From Bradymonadia bacterium (GTDB lineage Bacteria > Myxococcota_A > Bradymonadia > UBA7976 > UBA1532): a stretch of DNA of 64,000 nucleotides. Of this stretch, positions 7,728 through 17,596 are shown one piece after another. The stretch lies in the NCBI GenBank assembly GCA_046290225.1, contig JBKAGE010000070.1, positions 96,001-160,000 of the forward strand, read 5' to 3'. The notes under the pieces were generated by a model. It worked only from the letters and a program-made list of their open reading frames with translations. It was not told the DNA's origin and did not search any database. The position numbers and the translations under genes were made by a program. Position 1 is the first letter of the stretch, and each line of letters starts with the position of its first letter.

Positions 7728-10265
7728 ATGGCTTCATTCTCAGAAGAGCGTCGCGTGACTCGATCCGTCTTTCTGCTCGCTTGCTGTCTCCTCGCCTGTG
7801 AGACGCAACCCCCCGCCCCTGCCCTCTCCTCAGGCACTCAGGCCGTGATCTATGGCGAAGACGATCGTCAAGATGTCTACGCCGTAGATGCCGGCCTGTG
7901 GACGGAGCGGGTTCAGCGCTCAGTGGTGGTCCTCGTTGCGCCCAACCGCCTAGAGATCGACGGGGAGGACGTCACGCTCGGCGGGGCGCTGCTCGGTGAG
8001 TCTCTCGAATTGTGTGAAGGGGCCCGCTTTGAAGAGCAGCGACGCACCTCTCGCTGCTCTGGAGTGCTCATCGATGACGATCTCGTGCTCACGGCAGGGC
8101 ACTGCGTCGACGATCTCGAAGAGTGTCAGGGCACACGTTTCATGTTCGACCACTTCCTCGTGGGCCCCGAGATGCACGCCCCCGTGACCCCTGATGATCT
8201 CTTCGACTGTGCTGAGCTGGTGGTACGCGTCGACAATGGCGATCTCGACTTCGCTGTCGTGCGCCTCGATCGCCCGGTGGGCCCCGACCGGACCCCTGCG
8301 CCGGTGCGACTCGACGACACAGCCCTCGAGGCAGGTGCACCGGTGACCCTGCTCGGCGCCCCCAACGGGATCCCGGTGAAGATCGCCCAGGGTGGAGAAG
8401 TGATCACCCCTCGGGCTGATCTGCTCGACTACTTCGAGGCCACAGTGGATGCCTTCGGGGGCAACTCGGGCTCTGGGGTCTTCAACGCCCTCGGCGAGGT
8501 GGTGGGCGTGCTGGTCCGTGGAGAGCGCGACTATATGGAGACCGAGATGGGCTGTGATCTGCCCAACGTGCTCCCCCAGGATCGAAGCCCGGAAGAAGGC
8601 GCAGAAGATGTGACCTATGTGGCTCGGGCCATCGAGGCCCTGTGTGCTCAAGGCTCTGCCGAGGCCCCTGTCAGCGCCCGCCTGTGTGCTGGCGGTGATC
8701 GCGGGTGGTGTTTCCCCTGCGCAGCCGACGAAGACTGCCGCCCGGACTGGCGCTGCGCTCAGTGGCCTGACCGGCCCGATGTCAGCTTCTGCGCGGCGCC
8801 CTGTGAGGGCGATGAGGACTGCCGGGCTGATCACACCTGCGAAGACACATTCTGCGTGCCTCGTCGCACACGCCGCTGTGACAACGCCGATGTCTGGGTA
8901 CAGGATGCCTGCGCGCACCGCCTCGCCGAGCTCGACGGCTGCGCCGACGACGAGCGCTGTCACGGTGGTGTCTGCGCCACCGAGCAACCAGGAGATCGCT
9001 GCCTCACCGCCGAGCCTCTCGAACCCGTGAACCAGGTGGTGATGGCGGAGCTCGACGCCACCTATGTCCGCGACACTGAAGGCAGCTGTGGGGGTGATGG
9101 GGTGGATCGTGTCTACGCCCTCGACATGCAGGCTTCGCGACCGGTGACGATCACCACCGAGGGCTTCGACACGGTGATCTACCTGCGCCGGGGCTGTGAG
9201 GGCCCCGAGCTGGGCTGCGCAGACGATACCGAGCCCCCTGGTGATCGGGGCTCACAGATCCAGACAGTGCTTCACCCTGGTGCCCACCACATCTTCATCG
9301 ACGCGTTCCGCAACCGCACCGGCGCGTACACCCTCACCCTCGAGCTCGGAGAGCTGTGCGAGGCGCAGTGCGCCGCAGACACCGTACGCTGTGGTGACGC
9401 TGGCCCCGAGCGCTGTGTGGTGCGTCCTGGTGAATGCCCCACCTGGGTGGCTGCGACGCCTTGTGACGCCGCCTCTCGATGTGATGCAGGTCGCTGCGTG
9501 CCGGCGCCTCCAGGAGATCTCTGCTCGATGCCAACACCGCTCGCCTTCGACACCCTCATCGAGGGTGCCCGTCTCGGAGCAGATGACGAGGGTGGATACA
9601 TGGCTTCGGGCATGGGCGCCTGTGACAGTGATGATCCCGATCGGTATTTCGCCCTCGATCTCACCGGGCGCGGTGCCTGGCAGTTGCAGCTGAGCCTCGA
9701 AGAGGGCGCCACAGGGGCCGCTGTTCTGTCTGATTGTGATGCAGAGGCAGAGCAGAGCCAGTGCGACACAGAGATGGCCCTCGATACGACCCTTGATGAG
9801 GGCGTCTGGCTCATCGCGCTCTATGGTGAGACACCCACCGCACAGGCCCAGCTGACGCCATTGTGTGATGTCGACTGCGTGTTGGGCACTCGCCGCTGTG
9901 CCCCGGACGACGATGCTCTGGTCCAGCAGTGCACCCCCGACTTTCGCGGGTGCCCGTCCTGGTCTCAGGCGGTGCGTTGCCTGACCGGCGACACCTGCAC
10001 GGTGGTGGACGATTTGCCCATCTGTCAGACGCCACCAGCGCCGGACATGGGCCCGGCCTTCGACGCTGAGCCAGAAGATGCTGACGCCCATCTACTCGAT
10101 GCCGGGATGCTCGACGGATCCCCTGCTCCTGGAGACGAGAGCTCCGGCTCTGGAGGGGGCTGCAGCTCGACCTCGGGGCGCCACGGCATACTTTGGCTCT
10201 GGGTGCTGTTGTGGGCTGTATGGCGCAGACAGATTGGACAAAGGATCAACAATTCACCAAATTAG
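7728..10265 (+). CDS. trypsin-like (S1) serine protease with Cys-rich repeats, PPC-like domains and MYXO-CTERM-like tail
   Basis: Lipobox LLAC; AVIYGEDDR; triad LTAGHC / DFAVVRL / GGNSGSG; FDTVIYLR PPC-like module; C-terminal GGGCSS + hydrophobic segment + RR. Confidence 0.88.
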   Translation: MASFSEERRVTRSVFLLACCLLACETQPPAPALSSGTQAVIYGEDDRQDVYAVDAGLWTERVQRSVVVLVAPNRLEIDGEDVTLGGALLGESLELCEGARFEEQRRTSRCSGVLIDDDLVLTAGHCVDDLEECQGTRFMFDHFLVGPEMHAPVTPDDLFDCAELVVRVDNGDLDFAVVRLDRPVGPDRTPAPVRLDDTALEAGAPVTLLGAPNGIPVKIAQGGEVITPRADLLDYFEATVDAFGGNSGSGVFNALGEVVGVLVRGERDYMETEMGCDLPNVLPQDRSPEEGAEDVTYVARAIEALCAQGSAEAPVSARLCAGGDRGWCFPCAADEDCRPDWRCAQWPDRPDVSFCAAPCEGDEDCRADHTCEDTFCVPRRTRRCDNADVWVQDACAHRLAELDGCADDERCHGGVCATEQPGDRCLTAEPLEPVNQVVMAELDATYVRDTEGSCGGDGVDRVYALDMQASRPVTITTEGFDTVIYLRRGCEGPELGCADDTEPPGDRGSQIQTVLHPGAHHIFIDAFRNRTGAYTLTLELGELCEAQCAADTVRCGDAGPERCVVRPGECPTWVAATPCDAASRCDAGRCVPAPPGDLCSMPTPLAFDTLIEGARLGADDEGGYMASGMGACDSDDPDRYFALDLTGRGAWQLQLSLEEGATGAAVLSDCDAEAEQSQCDTEMALDTTLDEGVWLIALYGETPTAQAQLTPLCDVDCVLGTRRCAPDDDALVQQCTPDFRGCPSWSQAVRCLTGDTCTVVDDLPICQTPPAPDMGPAFDAEPEDADAHLLDAGMLDGSPAPGDESSGSGGGCSSTSGRHGILWLWVLLWAVWRRQIGQRINNSPN

Positions 10266-10379
10266 GGCATGAAAACATAACTACAATCCGTAATGGTCGG
10301 CACTCTTCGAGAGCATGCCAATGTGTTCAGGCCTGTGTTCACACAACATACGCCTGAAGTGGGGTACGTGAGGCGCAGC

Positions 10380-10769
10380 ATGAGTTTGCTCAGCATTCTG
10401 GTGGCCGATGACGATCCGCAAGTCCGTCAGTACCTGCAGATCACCCTGAGGCATCTGGGCCACCGCATTCAAACCGTCGCCGACGGGGCCGAGGCCATCT
10501 CGTGTATCCGCGCCCGCCACTTCGACGTGGTGCTGATGGACTGCCACATGCCCACAGTGGACGGCCTCACCGCCACCCAGGTCATTCGCTCGGAGCCCCT
10601 CACACGTCAGCCTGTCATCCTGGCCTTGAGCGCCGACGTACGCTCACCGAACCGACAGGCCTGCCTCGATGCTGGTATGGACGGCTTCATCAGCAAGCCA
10701 GTCCGTCGTCGTGATCTCGAGATGGCCCTGCAGGGCCTTCAACGGCCACACCACAGTCCGACTCCATAA
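10380..10769 (+). CDS. single-domain response regulator (receiver)
   Basis: ILVADDD, VVLMDCHMP, ALSA, GMDGFISKP. Confidence 0.88.
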   Translation: MSLLSILVADDDPQVRQYLQITLRHLGHRIQTVADGAEAISCIRARHFDVVLMDCHMPTVDGLTATQVIRSEPLTRQPVILALSADVRSPNRQACLDAGMDGFISKPVRRRDLEMALQGLQRPHHSPTP

Positions 10770-10775
10770 GCGCCC

Positions 10776-11117
10776 TCATGGCCAGCCCAGCCACGCCCTG
10801 CAACCAAGGCCCAGGGCGGCGCTGAGTACATTGGCGAAGGTGGCCCACGCCACGGCCATGTGTACCCCATGACGCCCCAGCCACCACGCCTCCCCAGCGA
10901 TGGCGAAAGCCTCTGCTGTGAGCAACCCCGACAGCGCGCTCCCTGGCCACCATGCAGGCCACGCGAAATACACCCACGGGTGTGTGAGCGTACTGGCCAT
11001 CACAGCGACTACAATGGGACACCTTGACCCATTTCGACTCAAAGCCTTGCAATAGAGAGGCACCTCGATGAGTTGTGTGAATACATAGGCCGACAGCCAC
11101 CCCCATGGCTCATTCAT
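10776..11117 (-). CDS. small hypothetical membrane protein
   Basis: Hydrophobic helices with TQLIEVPLY, STLTHP and AEAFA..GEA motifs; overlaps no stronger gene. Confidence 0.65.
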   Translation of the reverse strand: MNEPWGWLSAYVFTQLIEVPLYCKALSRNGSRCPIVVAVMASTLTHPWVYFAWPAWWPGSALSGLLTAEAFAIAGEAWWLGRHGVHMAVAWATFANVLSAALGLGCRAWLGWP

Positions 11118-11129
11118 CGTGTTGTGCTT

Positions 11130-13334
11130 TCAAGGACTCAGAGGCACGACGAAGAGCCCTCGATCACACCGATAGACGACATAGCCTCGACGCGGGCTCA
11201 GCCGCGCCTCGACCACACCATCGGCCCATGGCACGCCAAGGCCCGTATCGGTGTCGATGTCGAACAGCCGGCCGCCGAGGTCATAGCCGAGCACCTGCCC
11301 CTGATTCACATTGACGATGCGCTCGACGTCCTCCTCGAAAGGGATGGCCTCAGCTCGCCCTGGCGGCAAGGGGATCTTCACCAGGCCGTCAGCGGACCGG
11401 GTGATGACCGCAAGCTCGCCGATGGGCGACAACCTCACCGCTGCGGGAGCCCCTTCGACGAGGGCGGTGATCTCCCCCTCTCCTCCAGGATCGGGCAGCC
11501 ACCACAGCGTGCCTGTGTCGGCATCAAAGGCAGTGAGGCCGCTCGGCGCCCGCCTCAGCTGACCACCGATGAGCGGCCCCACGTTGACGGGCTGTGCATT
11601 CTCCGGGCGATGGGTCCAGACTTCGCCCTCGATGAGGGCGGTGATCCCGCCGCCGGCGACCACCATCTCATCTACGGCACCTTCGATGATGGGGGCCATC
11701 TGGATCCCGTCGAGATCGCCGAAGTAGAGATCGGATACAGCGCCGACGCCATAGAGCGCTCTGCCCAGAGAGCGCACGCTTCCAGGCCTCAGCCCTGCCC
11801 CGAGCAGTCGGGATGCTTCACCGTCATAGAAGAGATAATCCCCACTCTCGGCCCCTTCCATAGGATCGCCCTGCTGCCAGTAGAGCGCCTGAAACACCCC
11901 AAGGCCCGTGGGCCGGGGGCTCACCAGCACCTGCTGGGCGATGTCTTCTGGTGGGCTGTCTCCGGTCCATCGCCACAACGCACCGTCAGGGCTGGTCCAG
12001 AGCAGCCCTCGGCGACCGCTGGTCGTGGTGAGGAAGGCGCCGTCTGCGGGCCCTTCTTCGAAGCTCACCACCTGAGCATCGCGACCCAGGGTGTCGGCCT
12101 GGATCACGTCGAAGGCGCCATCTTCACGCTGCTGGGTCCACGACACGCGGCCGTCGATCATCTGACTGACCTGTAGCCAGGGCACCCCGACGCCCAAGAG
12201 GACGCGATCATCTCCTTGCAGGTTGTTGGAGACCAGGCTGGACAAGGCATCTACCGTGTCCACCATGGCCAGGGCCCGATCGTCGATCCACCTGATCCAG
12301 GGCTGGGCACGCTGGAACACCCGCGTCGCGGGGCTGCCGTCTACAGGCAGACTCCAGATGTCACCGGCTTCGCCCTGGTCACCTCGTACGCGCACGGTGA
12401 CGGCGCCGTTGTCCGGGGTGTATCCCAAGTAGACCTCGTATCCGTCGGGCAGCAACAGCCGATCCTCGGGGGCATCGATGGCGCTGGCCCACACCGACTC
12501 GCCCTCGATCCAGGCCACGGTGACCTCGTCGGGACTGATGAGCAGTCGCTCGGCCTGCCTGCTGGAGATGCGTCGCCCTCGGTAGAGCACGATGGGCGCT
12601 TCGATGGCCACCTCGCCGACCTCAGGGACGATCACCTCCACACGCTCAGTCTGGTGCCCTGGGGCACTCACCACGACCTGTACGGGCCCTGGGGGCAATG
12701 CGCCGATTTGGAAGAACCCGCCGATGTCGAGCCGAATGGTGCGCTCACCTGCGGTGACGGTGACGGGGCTTTCATTGTCGATGGCCGATGCTCGCCCGAT
12801 GATGAGGCCCATCGCCGGCGGCGTATCACCATCTGGTGCGCCCATGTCGACGACGCCCTCATCAGGCAGCTCGGCATCAGGCAGCTCGCCGTCGGGCACC
12901 TCGACGTCGGGCACCAGGGCATCTACGAGTCCGTCATCAGGCAGCTCGCCGTCTGGCCCACTGGCGTCGACACCACCATCCTCGAGCGATGCATCCTGGA
13001 TATCTGCGTCCTGGATATGTGCGTCTGCGAGCCCCCCGGCGTCACCACCAGCGCCTTCGTCGGCCACATCACCGTCTACAGCGAAGCTACCATCTTCAAT
13101 GCGCCCGCCGTCTGATGCGGTCGCGTCTCCGAGCACCTGCCCATCGACAACAGGCCCTGCATCCACCACAACACGGCTGTCCGGAGTGTCACTGGCATCA
13201 CGCTCGAACACGCTGGCGTCACCGGGCCCCGAATCTGCGGCAAAGAACTCTTCGGGATCACGCTGCCGCCGATCTTCGATGCACCCCCAACAGAGCAACA
13301 GCGACAACAGGCCCAAGGTGAGCTTGGCGATCAT
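11130..13334 (-). CDS. lipoprotein with acidic D-A/G linker, carboxypeptidase-regulatory-like domain and probable beta-propeller
   Basis: Lipobox CWGC; long DA/DG/PD-rich linker; GFFQIGALPPGPVQVVVSAPGH; repeated Trp-containing strands (ISPD, LSP). Confidence 0.7.
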   Translation of the reverse strand: MIAKLTLGLLSLLLCWGCIEDRRQRDPEEFFAADSGPGDASVFERDASDTPDSRVVVDAGPVVDGQVLGDATASDGGRIEDGSFAVDGDVADEGAGGDAGGLADAHIQDADIQDASLEDGGVDASGPDGELPDDGLVDALVPDVEVPDGELPDAELPDEGVVDMGAPDGDTPPAMGLIIGRASAIDNESPVTVTAGERTIRLDIGGFFQIGALPPGPVQVVVSAPGHQTERVEVIVPEVGEVAIEAPIVLYRGRRISSRQAERLLISPDEVTVAWIEGESVWASAIDAPEDRLLLPDGYEVYLGYTPDNGAVTVRVRGDQGEAGDIWSLPVDGSPATRVFQRAQPWIRWIDDRALAMVDTVDALSSLVSNNLQGDDRVLLGVGVPWLQVSQMIDGRVSWTQQREDGAFDVIQADTLGRDAQVVSFEEGPADGAFLTTTSGRRGLLWTSPDGALWRWTGDSPPEDIAQQVLVSPRPTGLGVFQALYWQQGDPMEGAESGDYLFYDGEASRLLGAGLRPGSVRSLGRALYGVGAVSDLYFGDLDGIQMAPIIEGAVDEMVVAGGGITALIEGEVWTHRPENAQPVNVGPLIGGQLRRAPSGLTAFDADTGTLWWLPDPGGEGEITALVEGAPAAVRLSPIGELAVITRSADGLVKIPLPPGRAEAIPFEEDVERIVNVNQGQVLGYDLGGRLFDIDTDTGLGVPWADGVVEARLSPRRGYVVYRCDRGLFVVPLSP

Positions 13335-13500
13335 GATCCCTCGTGGTTGGTCGGTGAGCGGGTATACGGTAATCGTTCTGTGGTGGTCGATGCACTCGCT
13401 CTGTGCGTCGGCCTATCATGACAGCCTCCACCTCGACGGCATCACCTTCGAGATGGAGGGCCTCTGAGACTGAAGCGAGACCTCTGGTAATATCTGCGCC

Positions 13501-14394
13501 ATGCGCCTCTTTCTTTCCCTCATGCTCTTCTTGAGTGGCTGTCAGTTCGACGATGGCCGCCTGAGTGAGCGCTGCGACGAGATGACCCCCTGCCCTTCAG
13601 GTACGCAGTGTGAGCAGGGGTTGTGTCGTACCGTCGTGCCTCTGCCCCCGAGCAATGATGGTGCAGTAGACGCTGCAGTGCTCGATGGCGCCCTCATGGG
13701 CGATGCTGAGCCTCCACGGCCCGTGCCGCCGGACAGAGGCCCGCCGCCAGGGCCACCAGATTTCGGCCTGCCCGACGCCAAGGTGCAGCCCCCTGACGCG
13801 GCATTGCCACCCGACGCGATGCCGCCAGAGGATGCAGAGCCACCCCCGCCTCCTGATGCTGAGCTCCCACCTGAAGAGCTGGTGCGGGATCCGACGGACG
13901 ACACCTTCGTGAGCTCGATCTTCGAGAACCAGCCTGTGGGCGCTCGGGAGAACACGCTCTTCGTGCGGGCAGGCGTCGGCGGCCGCACAGAGGCCTTCTT
14001 TCGTTTTCCTCTGGACTTCGCACCACCTCAGGGGGCACGGATCCGGGCGAGGTTGTCGATCAAAGTGCGGCAGTCTCCGGTCAACCTGCAGGAAGAGGCG
14101 CGCCTTCGGCTCTCTCAGGTCGAGTCGGACTGGTCGGAAGACACCCTCACCTGGCAGATCCGGCCGTCGGTGATCCGCACCTATGCCGACGACACGGATC
14201 AACGGCCGGAGAGTGGCCAGTGGGCCCGCTGGGAGGTGGGCCCCGAGGTGGCCGACGGGCTGCGGATGGGCGCGACCCACATCGCCTTCGGGCTGAGGGC
14301 ACCCTCTGGTGAAGAAGGGCTGAGTCAATGGACCCTGTACAGCAAAGAGACCCCCAGGGCAGAGGATCGACCCCTGCTGGAGCTGTCGTGGTGA
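13501..14394 (+). CDS. lipoprotein with Cys motif, Pro/Asp linker and DNRLRE/CBM96-like domain
   Basis: Lipobox LSGC; PTDDTFV...AFFRFPL...WSEDTLTW...YSKE...RPLLEL. Confidence 0.7.
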   Translation: MRLFLSLMLFLSGCQFDDGRLSERCDEMTPCPSGTQCEQGLCRTVVPLPPSNDGAVDAAVLDGALMGDAEPPRPVPPDRGPPPGPPDFGLPDAKVQPPDAALPPDAMPPEDAEPPPPPDAELPPEELVRDPTDDTFVSSIFENQPVGARENTLFVRAGVGGRTEAFFRFPLDFAPPQGARIRARLSIKVRQSPVNLQEEARLRLSQVESDWSEDTLTWQIRPSVIRTYADDTDQRPESGQWARWEVGPEVADGLRMGATHIAFGLRAPSGEEGLSQWTLYSKETPRAEDRPLLELSW

Positions 14395-15332
14395 CGCTCT
14401 GCAGGATCCTGATACCGCTCCTCTGTCTATGGGCGAGCGCCGCTGTGGCGCAGTCTACTCGGCGGGTGGCCCTGCTGACCCCCCAGGCGGAGGATCCCGA
14501 CAGCACCGATGCAGCTGCGGAGCTCGGTCTGGCCCTGGAGCGGGCACTGCGCCGCACAGATCAAGTGGCTCAGGTGGGCCGTTCGATGTCCCCCGACGAG
14601 TTGCTGGCGGCCTTCGGCTGTCTGGAGATCGATCGCCAATGTGCACAGCAGGTGGGCCGCTCCATGAAGGCCACCGAGGTGATCCGGGCCACGGTGCGCA
14701 GCCGCCGCCGTGGCTTCGAGGTCGATCTCTGGCGCCTGTCCACCTCTTCAGGGGCGTCGATTCAAGAGATGCGCTGGCGGGTCGAGGGCGAGGAGAGCGT
14801 CGGTCAGCGAGATGACGTGCTCTCGCCCGTGAGCTCTGCCCTGGCCCGCTGGATCATCCACGACGATATGACCCGTGACGCTGCGCTGCTGCCCCTGAGC
14901 CCAGATCGCGCCCCGGCACAGCTCGATGGCCGCCCGGTGCCTTCGGGTCAGCTGGCGGCGGTCTCACCGGGTCGTCATGAGGTGGCGGCCATCGGCCGAC
15001 CCTCCATGATGCTCGACCTCGCCCCAGGAGAGATCAAGGTGGTCGATCTGCCTGTCTCTCTCGGCGAGGTCGAAGTGCCCAAGCGCGGCCTCACCGGTCG
15101 TCGACTCGGCGCCTGGCTTACCCTCGGCCTCGGCGTCGTCGCGGGCCTCGGTGCCAGTTGGGCGGCCCTCGAGATGGGCAGCACCCAGGACGACTTCAAT
15201 CAGGCCAACGATCGCACCACCCTGGAAGAGCTCGCCGCTCGGGGGAACAACCTCGAGAACACCGCCAACGGCCTCATGGTGCTCACGGTGATCTCTCTGG
15301 GCACCTCCACCTGGCTGTTCCTCGACGATTGA
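14391..15332 (+). CDS. secreted/membrane hypothetical protein, PEGA-like region and C-terminal TM hairpin
   Basis: Signal peptide; CLEIDRQC motif; LDGRPV...VSPGRHEV; two C-terminal hydrophobic helices; GTGA overlap with the upstream gene. Confidence 0.6.
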   Translation: MTLCRILIPLLCLWASAAVAQSTRRVALLTPQAEDPDSTDAAAELGLALERALRRTDQVAQVGRSMSPDELLAAFGCLEIDRQCAQQVGRSMKATEVIRATVRSRRRGFEVDLWRLSTSSGASIQEMRWRVEGEESVGQRDDVLSPVSSALARWIIHDDMTRDAALLPLSPDRAPAQLDGRPVPSGQLAAVSPGRHEVAAIGRPSMMLDLAPGEIKVVDLPVSLGEVEVPKRGLTGRRLGAWLTLGLGVVAGLGASWAALEMGSTQDDFNQANDRTTLEELAARGNNLENTANGLMVLTVISLGTSTWLFLDD

Positions 15333-16387
15333 TGCTCTCACCCACCCTCTTGTTGTTCATCGGCGCCCTTGGCGCTTTCGATCCGGCCCCGGCTCTCAGA
15401 GCGCTGGAGCACAGCGAAGGCCGCTGGGCGGCGATGTCGCAGATCCTGGGCCTGGGGCCAGTCGATCTCCAAGCAGCGCGGGACAATGATCGCCTGCTCG
15501 AGGCGGTGGCCCGAGTGCTCGACGATCCGATCCTGCCCGTGAGCCACCGGATCATCGCCGCCCGCACCCTCGCCCGCCTGCGCGGCGGCGCCGAGACGTG
15601 CGCTCGACAGCTGACTCGCGGCGCCGACACGCCCGAGGGGATCGTCGTGGCACGGGCCGCAGCGGTGACGCTGCGACAACTCGACACGGCCCCCGCCCGA
15701 AAGCTGCTGCGCGTCGGCCTGGCGCACCCGGATCCCGAGGTTCGAGCCACGGCAGCTGCAGCAGGGCCCGATGTGGGCCTCGTGTGCACGGTGCTGCAGA
15801 GCGATCGCTGGCCTCAGGTCAGGGCCCGAGCCGCTGAGGGGCTCGCCATGGCAGATGCCCAGAGCGAGGCGCCGGCCTGCCTCGTAAAGGCCCTGAGCGA
15901 TGGTGCCCCCACTGTTCAACGGGCCGCAGCGGCGAGCCTCGTCCGGCTCGCCCCGACCGCGGCAAAGCAGCCTCTGCTCACACTGGCGGCCAACCCCAAG
16001 GGCGATCTCGCCGCCCGATCGGAGGCCCTCGCCGCCCTCGGCGCTCTCGGCGTGCTGGACCCGGCAAAGCAAGTCCTGGAGACCCACCTGAGCAAAGGTG
16101 GCATCGAACCCCTCGCCCTCGGCGCGACGCGGGGGCTCGCGCTCAGCGACTCAGACGAAGCGCTCCCATTGTTGAGAGCGGCGCTCTCGTCCGGTCACCC
16201 ACCTGTCTGGCGCATGGCTGCAGAGGCTCTCGTGGCCCGTAAAGACCCCGAGACGCTCCCCCTCCTGAAGGCGAAGCTGAGCAAGGCGACAGCCCGTGAG
16301 CGCGCGGTGTTACAGCCACTCGTGCAATTGCTGGAGACGGTGGATACGCCCCCTGAAGACGAAGCCCTCGAGGACGAAGACCTGTAG
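15332..16387 (+). CDS. HEAT-repeat protein with signal peptide
   Basis: Repeats HPDPEVRATAA, DRWPQVRARAAEGL, DGAPTVQRAAAASL; TGATG coupling. Confidence 0.75.
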   Translation: MLSPTLLLFIGALGAFDPAPALRALEHSEGRWAAMSQILGLGPVDLQAARDNDRLLEAVARVLDDPILPVSHRIIAARTLARLRGGAETCARQLTRGADTPEGIVVARAAAVTLRQLDTAPARKLLRVGLAHPDPEVRATAAAAGPDVGLVCTVLQSDRWPQVRARAAEGLAMADAQSEAPACLVKALSDGAPTVQRAAAASLVRLAPTAAKQPLLTLAANPKGDLAARSEALAALGALGVLDPAKQVLETHLSKGGIEPLALGATRGLALSDSDEALPLLRAALSSGHPPVWRMAAEALVARKDPETLPLLKAKLSKATARERAVLQPLVQLLETVDTPPEDEALEDEDL

Positions 16388-16392
16388 AAATC

Positions 16393-17481
16393 TCAGGGGT
16401 TCGTGATGCAGAGGCCCACGCCTCGCACCCGGCCTCCGCCGGTGGCGAGGGCTTCGACGCAGGCCTGATTTGCCGGGCACGGATCGATGTAGGCCCCAGT
16501 GTCACAGAGCGTGCGGCACACCATGTTGCCCCCCTGGTTCCCGATGCACAGCAACCCAGGCGCGCAATCGTCACCGCCCTCGGGGAACAGCTGACAGGGC
16601 TCGCCATCTGCAGCCTCACCGGTCACTGGGCGGCACGATCCCACGATGCGGCCATCTTGTCGGATGGCGTAGGTGCACTTCTGATCGGCCTCGCAGCCCT
16701 CATTGGTCAGGAAGCTACACGCAGGGGGGTTGCACAGCCCCATGGGTACGGCCACAGCCTCGGAGATGTCGTCGCATCGATCATTGTCGGGACACATGGG
16801 GGCACTGGGATCACACACTGGGGTGCACACGCTGAAGTTGCACACCAGCCCCTCGGCACAAGGCTGAGGCAGGCGGTCATCTTCCGAACAACGCTCCCCC
16901 GCCTGGAGTGCCCCCGCCGCTGTGCACACGGTGGCGCCGCCTTGCAAATGACAGTACGGCCGATCGCCAGGGCAGTCACCCGCTCCAGGAGTACACGCGT
17001 CTCCTGGCTCGCACTGTCCCTGGTAGATTTCGCCGCCGGGAATGGGCCGGCAGAACTGCCCGGGCGGGCACGCCGCTGCAGCAAGGCGCGGATCGCAATC
17101 GGGGTTGATGTTGGGATCTCCTCCCATGGGCATGCCACCCATCGGGGCGCCACCTGCGCCGCCCATCGGTACACCCCCGGCGCCGCCGTCACCTCCTGCG
17201 CCTCCTTCAGGCACGCCGCCCATGGGCATGCCCCCCATCGGGACGCCTCCAGCTCCGCCTTCTGGAGCACCTCCCATGGGGCTGCCACCCATCGGGCTAC
17301 CCCCCATCGGACTGCCACCCATCGGGGCTTCACCCCCCATGCCCCCGCTGGTCATGGGGGGCGGGAGCACCGCCGCGTCGAAGATCATCGTCGGGCCAGG
17401 GCCCGAGGCGGCCTCGTCGTCACACCCAGGCACACAGAGGCCAGCGACGAGCAGCACGAGGCTGTGGTGAGCGAAGCGCAT
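16393..17481 (-). CDS. Cys-rich lipoprotein with Gly/Pro/Met (PMGG) linker
   Basis: Lipobox VPGC-DD; repeated GGSPM/GGVPM; C-terminal Cys-rich repeats (CAPGLLC, CRTLC). Confidence 0.8.
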   Translation of the reverse strand: MRFAHHSLVLLVAGLCVPGCDDEAASGPGPTMIFDAAVLPPPMTSGGMGGEAPMGGSPMGGSPMGGSPMGGAPEGGAGGVPMGGMPMGGVPEGGAGGDGGAGGVPMGGAGGAPMGGMPMGGDPNINPDCDPRLAAAACPPGQFCRPIPGGEIYQGQCEPGDACTPGAGDCPGDRPYCHLQGGATVCTAAGALQAGERCSEDDRLPQPCAEGLVCNFSVCTPVCDPSAPMCPDNDRCDDISEAVAVPMGLCNPPACSFLTNEGCEADQKCTYAIRQDGRIVGSCRPVTGEAADGEPCQLFPEGGDDCAPGLLCIGNQGGNMVCRTLCDTGAYIDPCPANQACVEALATGGGRVRGVGLCITNP

Positions 17482-17596
17482 CGCGATCCTTTCCAGAGGG
17501 GGGTCTCCTCGAGGGGCTGGGGCCGGCGGCCCCGGTGACGAACGGCCTCAGCATAACCCAACCATGTGGTATACACACCCCGCCTTGAACGAGCCC

